Positions 1 through 7,052 of a stretch of DNA of 39,402 nt are shown piece after piece. This DNA comes from an uncultured Candidatus Saccharibacteria bacterium. Its GTDB lineage: Bacteria > Patescibacteriota > Minisyncoccia > Portnoybacterales > UBA2143. Made by a program: the position numbers and the translations under genes. The stretch spans positions 1 through 39,402 of the forward strand of contig CAZJBH010000002.1 of NCBI GenBank assembly GCA_964544485.1, read 5' to 3'. Below the pieces are notes generated by a model. That model saw only the letters and a list, made by a program, of their open reading frames with translations, was not told where the DNA came from and did not search any database. Each line of letters begins with the position of its first letter. The first letter of the stretch is position 1.

Positions 1-955
1 GGAGCATTAAAAAGCGGAAAGCTAAAGGATCAAATCCTTTATTGATTAAATCATCTAGAATTAAAGCCTGGCCTTCAGATTTAGATATTTTTTGCTGATT
101 AAAAAGCAAATGCTCATTATGCAGCCAGTAATTAACAAATTTAACTCCATTGGCGGATTCGCTTTGCGCAATTTCATTAGTATGATGAACCGGGATATGC
201 TCTATTCCTCCCATATGTAAATCAATCGTTTTATCAAGGTATTTATTGCTCATAACCGAACATTCTAGATGCCAGCCAGGAAATCCTTGTCCGTTTTTAA
301 CTAAAGAAGATTCAAAGGGAGATTCCCAAGATTGGAGCGCGTTCTGGTGTTTGCCAGCTTTAAAGAACCAAACTGCAAAATCAGCTGGATTTTTTTTATC
401 TGAATCAGCTACTTCTCCTTTGCCAGCGCTGCTTAATTTATCTTCTAAAGGCTGTTTTGAGAGCTGAGTATAGTTTTTTGCTTTAGAGATATCAAAATAG
501 ATTGCTAGATCAGTTGAATAGGCAAATCCTTTATCTAATAGAGTTTGGACCATTTTAATCATTTCCGGAATGCATTCAGTCGCTCTTGGTTTAAAATCAG
601 GTTCTAATAAATTTAAGCGCTGGGTGTCTTTTTCAAAAATCTGAATATATTTATTAGCAATTTGTTTTGGAGAAAGTTTTTCTTTTTTAGCGCTTTGTTC
701 AATTTTATCTTCGCCTAAATCCTGGTCTCCGGTTAAGTGACCGACATCAGTATAATTTCTAACATGGCAAACTTGATAACCTAGATATTTTAAAGTTCTG
801 ACTACGCTATCAGCGCAAAACATGCCTCTTAGATTGCCTAAGTGTTGAGTCCAGTAAACAGTTGGTCCGCAATGATAAAAGCTAACTCGATTTTTTTTAA
901 TTGGTTTGAATTCTTCTTTTTTGCGAGTTAAAGTATTGTATATTTTTAAAGCCAT
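1..955 (-). CDS. cysS: cysteinyl-tRNA synthetase, N-terminal ~318 codons (3' end runs off the window)
   Basis: Absent from the ORF track because it is open at the window edge. Hand translation of the minus strand from the ATG at 955-953 gives MALKIYNTLTRKKEEFKPIKKNRVSFYHCGPTVYWTQHLGNLRGMFCADSVVRTLKYLG...NYTDVGHLTGDQDLGEDK, a class-I HIGH-type N-terminus typical of CysRS. The frame is still open at bases 58-2 (LDDLINKGFDPLAFRFLML). The start overlaps the corA stop by 10 nt. Confidence 0.8.
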   Translation of the reverse strand, partial: MALKIYNTLTRKKEEFKPIKKNRVSFYHCGPTVYWTQHLGNLRGMFCADSVVRTLKYLGYQVCHVRNYTDVGHLTGDQDLGEDKIEQSAKKEKLSPKQIANKYIQIFEKDTQRLNLLEPDFKPRATECIPEMIKMVQTLLDKGFAYSTDLAIYFDISKAKNYTQLSKQPLEDKLSSAGKGEVADSDKKNPADFAVWFFKAGKHQNALQSWESPFESSLVKNGQGFPGWHLECSVMSNKYLDKTIDLHMGGIEHIPVHHTNEIAQSESANGVKFVNYWLHNEHLLFNQQKISKSEGQALILDDLINKGFDPLAFRFLML

Positions 956-1863
956 TTTTTCTTTTTAAAATAAATAACCATTATGAGAGTAGTAATAATC
1001 ATTAAAGCCAGGATATATATCCAAGCGTAATTATTCTGGCTAATTAAAGGAATGTTGGCAAACATATTCATGCCAAAAAATCCAACAATTACGCTTAACG
1101 GAAAAGTAATGAAAGAAACTACGGTTAAGAATTTCATAATATCGCTGAGTTTGTAAGAAAGCAGAGAATTATTAGTTTGTTCAATTGAAGTTATTAATTC
1201 TTTATTATTTTCTAGAGTATTCCAAACTCGGATAATTGAACCAATCACTTCTTGAGAAAGGGGAGTAATTTCTTTGCCAAATAAGCGTTTGGCTTTTTTC
1301 TCTAGAATTTCCAAAACTGAGCGTTGCGGTTTAATCGCTCTGCGAAAATCAATCAAATCTTTTTTTAGGATTGCAATTTCAGAAAGCATTTCTTTTTCTT
1401 TGCCTTGAAAAACTTCTTTTTCAATTTGATCAGCTTTTTCAGTCATATGGTCAAGCATGGGTAAGCAAGAATCAATTAGCCAGTCAAGCAGATTAAAAAG
1501 CAAGTGCCCGGAACTGGTAAAACATCTTTGCTGATAATATTTCTGGACTTGGCAATCATTTAAAAACACTTCCAAGGCCGGCACTTTTTTATTATGCGAA
1601 GTAATTAAAGTATTGTTGAAAAGAATAAAGTCAATTTCAACCGGTTTGGTTTCTTTTTTTTCTTCATAGTAAACCGGGAAATGAAGCACCATAAAAAGCT
1701 GATTTGGATATTCTTCAATTTGAGGGCGATGTAAAGGAGGAAGGAATTGCTTAACAATTAAGGGATGGAGTTTAAAATTTTCTTTTAATTCATCTAAGTC
1801 TTTTTGTTCAGGTTTATGGATATCAATCCAAGTTATTTGATTATGCTCTATTTTTTTTATCAT
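946..1863 (-). CDS. corA: CorA-family Mg2+/Co2+ transporter
   Basis: 305 aa. It has two C-terminal TM helices, and the signature GMN motif (GFFGMNMF) sits at the end of the first helix. The soluble N-terminal domain is of typical CorA length. Confidence 0.85.
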   Translation of the reverse strand: MIKKIEHNQITWIDIHKPEQKDLDELKENFKLHPLIVKQFLPPLHRPQIEEYPNQLFMVLHFPVYYEEKKETKPVEIDFILFNNTLITSHNKKVPALEVFLNDCQVQKYYQQRCFTSSGHLLFNLLDWLIDSCLPMLDHMTEKADQIEKEVFQGKEKEMLSEIAILKKDLIDFRRAIKPQRSVLEILEKKAKRLFGKEITPLSQEVIGSIIRVWNTLENNKELITSIEQTNNSLLSYKLSDIMKFLTVVSFITFPLSVIVGFFGMNMFANIPLISQNNYAWIYILALMIITTLIMVIYFKKKKWL

Positions 1864-1948
1864 AAACTTATTAATTAATGATTATTTGTATTCTATCAGA
1901 TTTTAAGAAAATTAAAAATAGTTTGAGGCTTGCCAAAAAAGATAAATT

Positions 1949-1976
1949 TTGACAAAATGTTAAAAAATGATAAAAT
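1949..1976 (+). promoter_or_regulatory. sigma70-like promoter for grpE (TTGACA-N16-TAAAAT)
   Basis: TTGACA at 1949-1954, a 16-nt spacer, then TAAAAT at 1971-1976. The -10 box ends only 8 nt before the grpE ATG (1985). Confidence 0.4.
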
Positions 1977-1984
1977 ACACATAA

Positions 1985-2479
1985 ATGGATAAACAAAAAG
2001 AAATTACTTACCTTGAAGAAGAATCAGAAGATTCAGCTTCTAAAACAAAATTAATTAAGCTTAAAAAGAAATTAAAGCAATGTCAGCAAGAAAAAGAGGA
2101 GTATTTATCCCAGATGCAAAGAGCCCGGGCAGATTTGATTAATTATCAGAAAAGACAGGAGAAATTAACTGAAGAATTAAAGAAATTTGGCCAAGCTAAA
2201 TTAGTTTTTGATCTTTTGCCTGTTTTGGATAGTTTAAAACAAGGAGCTAAACAAAATCAGGAAATCAAATGTTTAAAAGATCAATTTGAATCAATTTTAA
2301 AACATTATCAATTAAATGAAATCAAAACTAAACAAGAAAAGTTTGATCCTAATTTTCATGAAGCGATTGATCAAGTTGAATCAGAGCAAGAATCTGGTAT
2401 GATTATAGAGGAAGTTCAAAAAGGATATTTATTAGGCGATAAAGTTTTAAGGCCAGCCAGGGTAAGAGTGGCGAAATAA
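1985..2479 (+). CDS. grpE: nucleotide exchange factor GrpE
   Basis: 164 aa with a coiled-coil N-terminus. The C-terminal part has LLPVLDSL, FDPNFHEAI and VLRPARVRVAK, which are typical GrpE blocks. It sits upstream of dnaK. Confidence 0.9.
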   Translation: MDKQKEITYLEEESEDSASKTKLIKLKKKLKQCQQEKEEYLSQMQRARADLINYQKRQEKLTEELKKFGQAKLVFDLLPVLDSLKQGAKQNQEIKCLKDQFESILKHYQLNEIKTKQEKFDPNFHEAIDQVESEQESGMIIEEVQKGYLLGDKVLRPARVRVAK

Positions 2480-2562
2480 AAATTAATTAATTTTAGAGGG
2501 TTAATAGCTGAATTTTTTAAGAATTGAATAATTCTAAAAAAGAGGCTGTTAACAAGTATTTT

Positions 2563-3024
2563 ATGCCAATTAAATGGCAACCGTTTCAAGATATGGAAAG
2601 GCAATTTCGTATGCCTCAAATGCCTCAAATGCCGGATATGCGCGGCCAAGGAGGGGATGAAATGATGCCTTTTTCTCCATTTCATCCAGCTGAAGAACCA
2701 GCTGTGGATATTTATCAAGATAAAAATAATCTTTATGTAGAAATCGCTTTAGGCGGAGTTAAGCCGGAAAATGTGAATGTTTCCATAGAAGATAATGTTT
2801 TATATATTGACGGCAAGATTGAAGAAAAAAAAGAGTCTAAAGATAAGGATTATTTTACCAAAGAAATCAGGCGGGGATCTTTTCGCCGGGCGTTAAAGTT
2901 GCCAGTAGATGTTAAAGGAAATCAAGCTAAAGCTGAAAGTTCAGGCGGTATGTTAAAGATTTCTATTCCCAAGGTAGCTAAATCAGCTCCTCAGGCGAAA
3001 AAGGTTCCAATTAAGATAAAATAA
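2563..3024 (+). CDS. small heat-shock protein (Hsp20 / alpha-crystallin family)
   Basis: The alpha-crystallin core is recognisable (VDIYQDKNNLYVEIALGGVKPENVNVSIEDNVLYIDG ... GMLKISIPK). The ORF-track start is a TTG at 2524. The first ATG is at 2563, and the true start is uncertain. Confidence 0.8.
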   Translation: MPIKWQPFQDMERQFRMPQMPQMPDMRGQGGDEMMPFSPFHPAEEPAVDIYQDKNNLYVEIALGGVKPENVNVSIEDNVLYIDGKIEEKKESKDKDYFTKEIRRGSFRRALKLPVDVKGNQAKAESSGGMLKISIPKVAKSAPQAKKVPIKIK

Positions 3025-3107
3025 ATTTAATAAACCAGCTTTTGCGTTAAGAAATAAGTGAGCTAAATATTTGCTTGCTTTGTTCGTTCGCAATAGTTTG
3101 ATTGAAT

Positions 3108-4997
3108 ATGTCTAAAATTATAGGAATTGATTTAGGAACTTCTAATTCCGCGGCCGCGGTTTTAGAAGGAAATAAATCAACAATTGTTCCTTCAGCTGAA
3201 GGAACTGTAGTTGGCGGAGGCAAAGCCTTTCCTTCTTATGTGGCTTTTGACAAAGAAGGTAATTTATTAGTTGGCGAGCCAGCCCGTCGGCAAGCAGTTA
3301 CTAATTCAGAAAATACAGTTTCTGCTTTTAAGCGGAAAATGGGAACTAAGGAAAAAATTAGTCTGGGAGGCAAAGAATATACTCCTCAGCAATTATCTGC
3401 TTTTGTGCTGCAGAAAATTAAAAAGGACGCGGAATCTTATCTTGGAGAGACAGTTGATAAAGCAGTAGTTACTGTTCCGGCGTATTTTAATGATTCTCAG
3501 CGTCAAGCAACCAAGGATGCTGGTTCAATTGCCGGATTAGAAGTAATTCGAATTATTAATGAGCCGACTGCTGCTTCTTTAGCTTATGGAATTGATAAAT
3601 CAGGCCAAGAGGAAAAGATTTTGGTTTTTGATTTAGGCGGCGGAACTTTAGATGTAACAATTATGGATTTTGGCGAAGGAGTTTTTGAAGTTAGATCAAC
3701 TTCAGGAGATACCGAAGTTGGCGGAACTGATATGGATGAAGTTTTAGCTGATTATATTGCCCAGGAATTTCAAAAAGAGCAGGGGATAGATGTAAAACAA
3801 GATAAAACTGCTTGGCAAAGACTAAAAGAAGCTGCGGAAAAAGCTAAGATTGAGCTTTCTTCAACTATGGAAACAGAAATTAATCTTCCTTATATCACTG
3901 CAGATCAAAACGGTCCTAAGCATTTAAGCATGAAGATTAATCGAGCTAAAGTAGAAGAATTGGTTCAGCCGATTGTTCAAAAATGCAAAGCTCCTTTAGA
4001 GCAGGCAATTAAAGATGCTAAACTTTCAGTTGATGACATTACCAAAATTATTATGGTTGGCGGTCCTACTCGAATGCCGATTGTCCAAAAATTTGTAGAA
4101 GACGCGGTTGGCAAAAAAATTGAACGCGGAATTGATCCAATGGAATGCGTAGCTATTGGCGCAGCTATTCAGGGAAGTATTTTAAGCGGAGATACTAAAG
4201 ATGTGCTTTTGCTTGATGTAACTCCGTTAACTTTAGGAATTGAGACTTTAGGCGGAGTTATGACTCCATTAATTGAACGAAATACTACAATTCCAACTTC
4301 TAAATCTCAAGTATTTTCTACTGCGGCTGATAATCAGCCATCAGTAGAGATTCATGTACTTCAAGGAGAAAGGCCAATGGCAGCGGATAATCGAAGTTTA
4401 GGTCGGTTTATGCTGGATGGAATTCCTCCAGCTCCGCGCGGAGTTCCTCAGATTGAAGTTTCTTTTGACATTGACGCGAATGGAATTCTTAATGTGAGCG
4501 CTAAGGATAAAGGAACCGGCAAGGAACAGAAAATTACGATTACTGATTCTTCAGCTTTATCTAAAGAAGATATTGAAAAAATGAAGCAGGAAGCAGAACA
4601 ATATTCTGATGAAGATAAAAAGAAAAAAGAAATGATTGAAGTTAAAAACAATGCTGATACTTTAATTTTTTCTACAGAAAAAGCGTTAAAAGAAGCAGGT
4701 GATAAATTAAAAGAAGAAGATAAAAAAGAAGTTGAAGAAAAATTAGAGGCTTTGAAAAAATCTAAAGATGGAGATGATTTAGAAGTAATTAAGAAAGCGA
4801 ATGAAGAATTATCTCAATCAGTTCAGAAAATCGGCCAGCAATTATATCAAACAGTTCAAGAGCAGCAAAAAGAACAGGAAGAGCCAGAAATTAAAGGAAA
4901 GCAACAAGATAATCAGCAGCAAAAACAAGAAGAAACTAAACAAGCAGAGACAGAAGAAGTTAAGGGAGAAGAGGAGAAACAAGAAGAGGGAAAATAG
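3108..4997 (+). CDS. dnaK: molecular chaperone DnaK (Hsp70)
   Basis: [19 protein letters not shown] and other Hsp70 signatures run the full length, followed by a charged Q/E/K-rich tail. The track start is a TTG at 3102, and an ATG lies at 3108. Confidence 0.95.
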   Translation: MSKIIGIDLGTSNSAAAVLEGNKSTIVPSAEGTVVGGGKAFPSYVAFDKEGNLLVGEPARRQAVTNSENTVSAFKRKMGTKEKISLGGKEYTPQQLSAFVLQKIKKDAESYLGETVDKAVVTVPAYFNDSQRQATKDAGSIAGLEVIRIINEPTAASLAYGIDKSGQEEKILVFDLGGGTLDVTIMDFGEGVFEVRSTSGDTEVGGTDMDEVLADYIAQEFQKEQGIDVKQDKTAWQRLKEAAEKAKIELSSTMETEINLPYITADQNGPKHLSMKINRAKVEELVQPIVQKCKAPLEQAIKDAKLSVDDITKIIMVGGPTRMPIVQKFVEDAVGKKIERGIDPMECVAIGAAIQGSILSGDTKDVLLLDVTPLTLGIETLGGVMTPLIERNTTIPTSKSQVFSTAADNQPSVEIHVLQGERPMAADNRSLGRFMLDGIPPAPRGVPQIEVSFDIDANGILNVSAKDKGTGKEQKITITDSSALSKEDIEKMKQEAEQYSDEDKKKKEMIEVKNNADTLIFSTEKALKEAGDKLKEEDKKEVEEKLEALKKSKDGDDLEVIKKANEELSQSVQKIGQQLYQTVQEQQKEQEEPEIKGKQQDNQQQKQEETKQAETEEVKGEEEKQEEGK

Positions 4998-5010
4998 AGT
5001 AAGCGAAAAG

Positions 5011-5226
5011 AGGACGTTCTTTAGAAGGCGTGTCCTTCTGAAAGAAGGACGGCGCCTTATAAGGAATGTCCTCTAAAGAGAGACTATCTATCGAGGACAC
5101 TCTTTAAAAGATACGTCCTTTTAACAAAGAACATATCTTTTAAGGAGCGTCCTCTAATTTACCTGCAATGACAATCCTTTTTTAACTTTCTACAAAGAAC
5201 ATACCTTTTAAGGAATGTCCTCTAAA
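5011..5226. repeat. intergenic repeat array: three AGGAC-N16/17-GTCCT inverted repeats plus 34-bp and 18-bp direct repeats
   Basis: Inverted repeats lie at 5011-5036, 5046-5072 and 5094-5119. A 34-bp direct repeat lies at 5124-5157 and 5192-5225 with 3 mismatches. An identical 18-mer TAAGGAATGTCCTCTAAA lies at 5060-5077 and 5209-5226. Confidence 0.8.
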
Positions 5227-5240
5227 TCAACGAAGAATAG

Positions 5241-5275
5241 AAAAAAGGCGGCCTTTATTAGGTCGCCTTTTGGTT
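5241..5275. terminator. bidirectional rho-independent terminator between dnaK(+) and the 5280-6083(-) gene
   Basis: The stem AAGGCGGCC (5245-5253) / GGTCGCCTT (5261-5269) is 9 bp with one G-T pair and a 7-nt loop. It is flanked by an A-run on the left and a T-rich run on the right. Confidence 0.65.
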
Positions 5276-5279
5276 TTGT

Positions 5280-6083
5280 TTAATCAAGACATTCGGTTCC
5301 GACTACGGTACAGGGTGTTCCTGGCGGTACCGGGGTGACTTTGTCCTGGTAGTATACCATTCCTAGCTCCGGGTTTCCGTCACAGTTCAAAAGATAAAGA
5401 GCGTTTTTGCTTGGTTCCGGAATCCAGAGATGGCATTCGGTTGGTCCTCCGGTACACCACTGATCTGTAATCCAGTGCCGGTCCAGGACATAGCTGCTCT
5501 TCTTTCCCGGATTAATAAAGTCTGCCGGGTTGTCAAAAATGAATTTGACCCATCCGTCATGGACCACGCCAATGGCCAGTACATTGTTGCAGTAATTAAT
5601 CTTGTTTTTGAGATGACTGTGAAGGTAGAGCACGGTTCCATCTGGAATCGGAGATTCATCTCCACAATCTACACACCACATTCCCCAGACGCGAATTTCA
5701 AGTAAAGCCTGGGACCCGCCTTTCATGAGTCCGTAATGGACTTCATTTCCGATAATGAAATGATCCGTGGCTGTGTTTTGGCTTTCCTCGCCAGAGTCAT
5801 TATACGACCGGATCAAGACATAATAGGCGGCGCCTTTGTTTAGTTCAATACTGTATCCGGAAACATCCCCTAGATCAAAATGCGCCCACCAATTTTGAGA
5901 AGGGTAGGGAGCATAATAGATCCTGTATCCGGTGGCGCCCGGGACCAGGTTCCAATTGAGCGTCAAATAGTTTCCATTGACCTCCATGTTTACATCCGGA
6001 GCTGCTAGCTCCGCGCAGGCTAAACCTGCGGATCCAATTGCCAAGACTGCTGTTAAAATTAATGTTAAAAATACCTTTTTCAT
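5280..6083 (-). CDS. secreted hypothetical protein: signal peptide, FN3-like N-terminal domain and an 8-Cys C-terminal domain
   Basis: 267 aa. The signal peptide is MKKVFLTLILTAVLAIGSAGLACA|E, with an AXA-type cleavage site. LTLNWNLVPGATGYRIYY resembles an FN3 strand pattern. The mature C-terminal half has 8 Cys. An AGGAGA RBS precedes the ATG. GC is far above the local background. Confidence 0.75.
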   Translation of the reverse strand: MKKVFLTLILTAVLAIGSAGLACAELAAPDVNMEVNGNYLTLNWNLVPGATGYRIYYAPYPSQNWWAHFDLGDVSGYSIELNKGAAYYVLIRSYNDSGEESQNTATDHFIIGNEVHYGLMKGGSQALLEIRVWGMWCVDCGDESPIPDGTVLYLHSHLKNKINYCNNVLAIGVVHDGWVKFIFDNPADFINPGKKSSYVLDRHWITDQWCTGGPTECHLWIPEPSKNALYLLNCDGNPELGMVYYQDKVTPVPPGTPCTVVGTECLD

Positions 6084-6151
6084 CTTTCTCTCCTTTCATT
6101 CTTTTGGGTTTTGATTTAAAAGATCTACCTCCTTGTCTTGATTATGTCGTT

Positions 6152-6231
6152 ATCTTATCTTAAAATAGATTTTTTGTCAAGGGCTTGATTAATTTTAGCC
6201 TCTTGACAAAAATTCAATTATTTGCTAGATT
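6152..6231. promoter_or_regulatory. divergent promoter pair embedded in a ~15-bp inverted repeat (candidate operator)
   Basis: The arms are TTTTTGTCAAGGGCT (6171-6185) and AGCCTCTTGACAAAAA (6197-6212). The plus-strand promoter is TTGACA 6203-6208, N17, TAGATT 6226-6231. The minus-strand promoter is TTGACA (complement of 6175-6180), N17, TAAGAT (complement of 6152-6157). Confidence 0.45.
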
Positions 6232-6274
6232 ATATTTACCTGAGATACAGGTTTTTTTATTTGGAGGTAAAATT

Positions 6275-6982
6275 ATGGATACAAAACAAATTCTTAATAT
6301 AATTTGGCAAAGGAAATGGCTCGTTTTTTGGACAACTGTCTTAGGGCTTTTTTTAGCTTTTGATATTATGGTTTTGCAAACCCCGATGTATAAAGCTAGT
6401 TCCAGAGTTTTAGTGGTTCAAAAACAAGTAGCTGGACAAGATATTTACGCGGTTTCTAAATCAGCTCAGTATTTATCGCAGGTTTTAAAAGAAGCGGTTT
6501 ATTCTGATGATTTTTTCAATAAAACCATTCAAGCTTCTGATGGAGAAGTAGAGCCGCAAAATTTTCCAACTAATCTTAAAGACCGTAGGGAAGAATGGGA
6601 AGATACAGTAAAGATTACTGTTGCGCGCGATTTAGGTTTAATGGAAATTGATGTTTATTACCCGCGTCAGGAAAAAGCTAGACAAATAAGTTTAGCAGTT
6701 ACTAAGATTTTAGCTGAAGAACATCAAGCTTATCATGGAGCCGGTAAAAATGTAGAAGTCAGAGTATTAGATTATTCTGCGGTAACTGACGCGCCAACTA
6801 CTTTGCGCTTATGGATAACAACTTTGTTAGGCTTATTATTTGGCTTGCTAGCAGGATCTTTATGGGCAGTTAGAAAAAATATTAAAGATTCTATTCAACA
6901 AAATCAATTACAAAGCCAAGAAGAAAATTTAACTAATCAGGAAGTTGATTATCAAGAACCAATTGATGGATTACCTTTCTAA
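6275..6982 (+). CDS. Wzz-like polysaccharide chain-length determinant protein (no kinase domain)
   Basis: It has an N-terminal TM (WLVFWTTVLGLFLAF) followed by PMYKASSRVLVV, and a C-terminal TM (LWITTLLGLLFGLLAGSLWAV). This is the PCP/Wzz topology. A GGAGGT RBS at 6263-6268 favours the ATG at 6275 over the track start at 6185. Confidence 0.6.
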   Translation: MDTKQILNIIWQRKWLVFWTTVLGLFLAFDIMVLQTPMYKASSRVLVVQKQVAGQDIYAVSKSAQYLSQVLKEAVYSDDFFNKTIQASDGEVEPQNFPTNLKDRREEWEDTVKITVARDLGLMEIDVYYPRQEKARQISLAVTKILAEEHQAYHGAGKNVEVRVLDYSAVTDAPTTLRLWITTLLGLLFGLLAGSLWAVRKNIKDSIQQNQLQSQEENLTNQEVDYQEPIDGLPF

Positions 6983-7005
6983 ATTAGATTTTTCTTGGCA
7001 AATTT

Positions 7006-7032
7006 AAAAGACAGCTTTTTAAGCTGTCTTTT
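7006..7032. terminator. bidirectional terminator between convergent genes
   Basis: A perfect stem AGACAGCT (7009-7016) / AGCTGTCT (7022-7029) with a 5-nt loop, flanked by AAA and TTT. Confidence 0.6.
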
Positions 7033-7052
7033 AATATTCTAGTCTAGATTTA

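Noticed and set aside
246-467. 73-aa plus-strand ORF from the track
   Set aside because: It lies antisense inside the well-supported partial cysS reading frame and has no recognisable motif.
1864-1984. Mg2+ riboswitch (M-box) in the corA leader
   Set aside because: Only about 120 bp of very AT-rich sequence is available, and it is shared with the divergent grpE promoter. That is too short for an M-box, and it has no obvious helices.
2416-2718. 100-aa minus-strand ORF bridging grpE and hsp20
   Set aside because: It is antisense to two conserved chaperone genes, and its composition (H/R/K/F-rich) is typical of an antisense artefact.
1864-3101. CIRCE (HrcA) or HAIR (HspR) operators upstream of grpE, hsp20 or dnaK
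   Set aside because: No TTAGCACTC-N9-GAGTGCTAA or CTTGAGT-N7-ACTCAAG inverted repeat is present. The closest piece is AGTGAGCTAA at about 3056-3065, upstream of dnaK. It has no matching left half-site.
4801-5076. 91-aa plus-strand ORF overlapping the dnaK 3' end
   Set aside because: It is an alternative frame of the Lys/Glu-rich dnaK tail (a poly-K/R artefact) that runs on into the repeat spacer.
4998-5279. Possible degenerate CRISPR array in the repeat-rich spacer after dnaK
   Set aside because: The repeats are irregular in length (18 and 34 nt) and in spacing, and only 2-3 copies exist. They are built from short palindromes, and no cas genes are nearby. The Cas4-like nuclease is 22 kb away and linked to xer.
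5387-6099. Nested ORFs 5387-5665(-), 5430-5705(+) and 5875-6099(-) inside the high-GC gene
   Set aside because: High GC suppresses stop codons in the off-frames. The 267-aa frame has the signal peptide, the RBS and a coherent domain structure.
6185-6274. N-terminal extension of the Wzz-like ORF (TTG at 6185)
   Set aside because: The extension covers the predicted promoter (6203-6231). The ATG at 6275 has a GGAGGT RBS at the correct distance.
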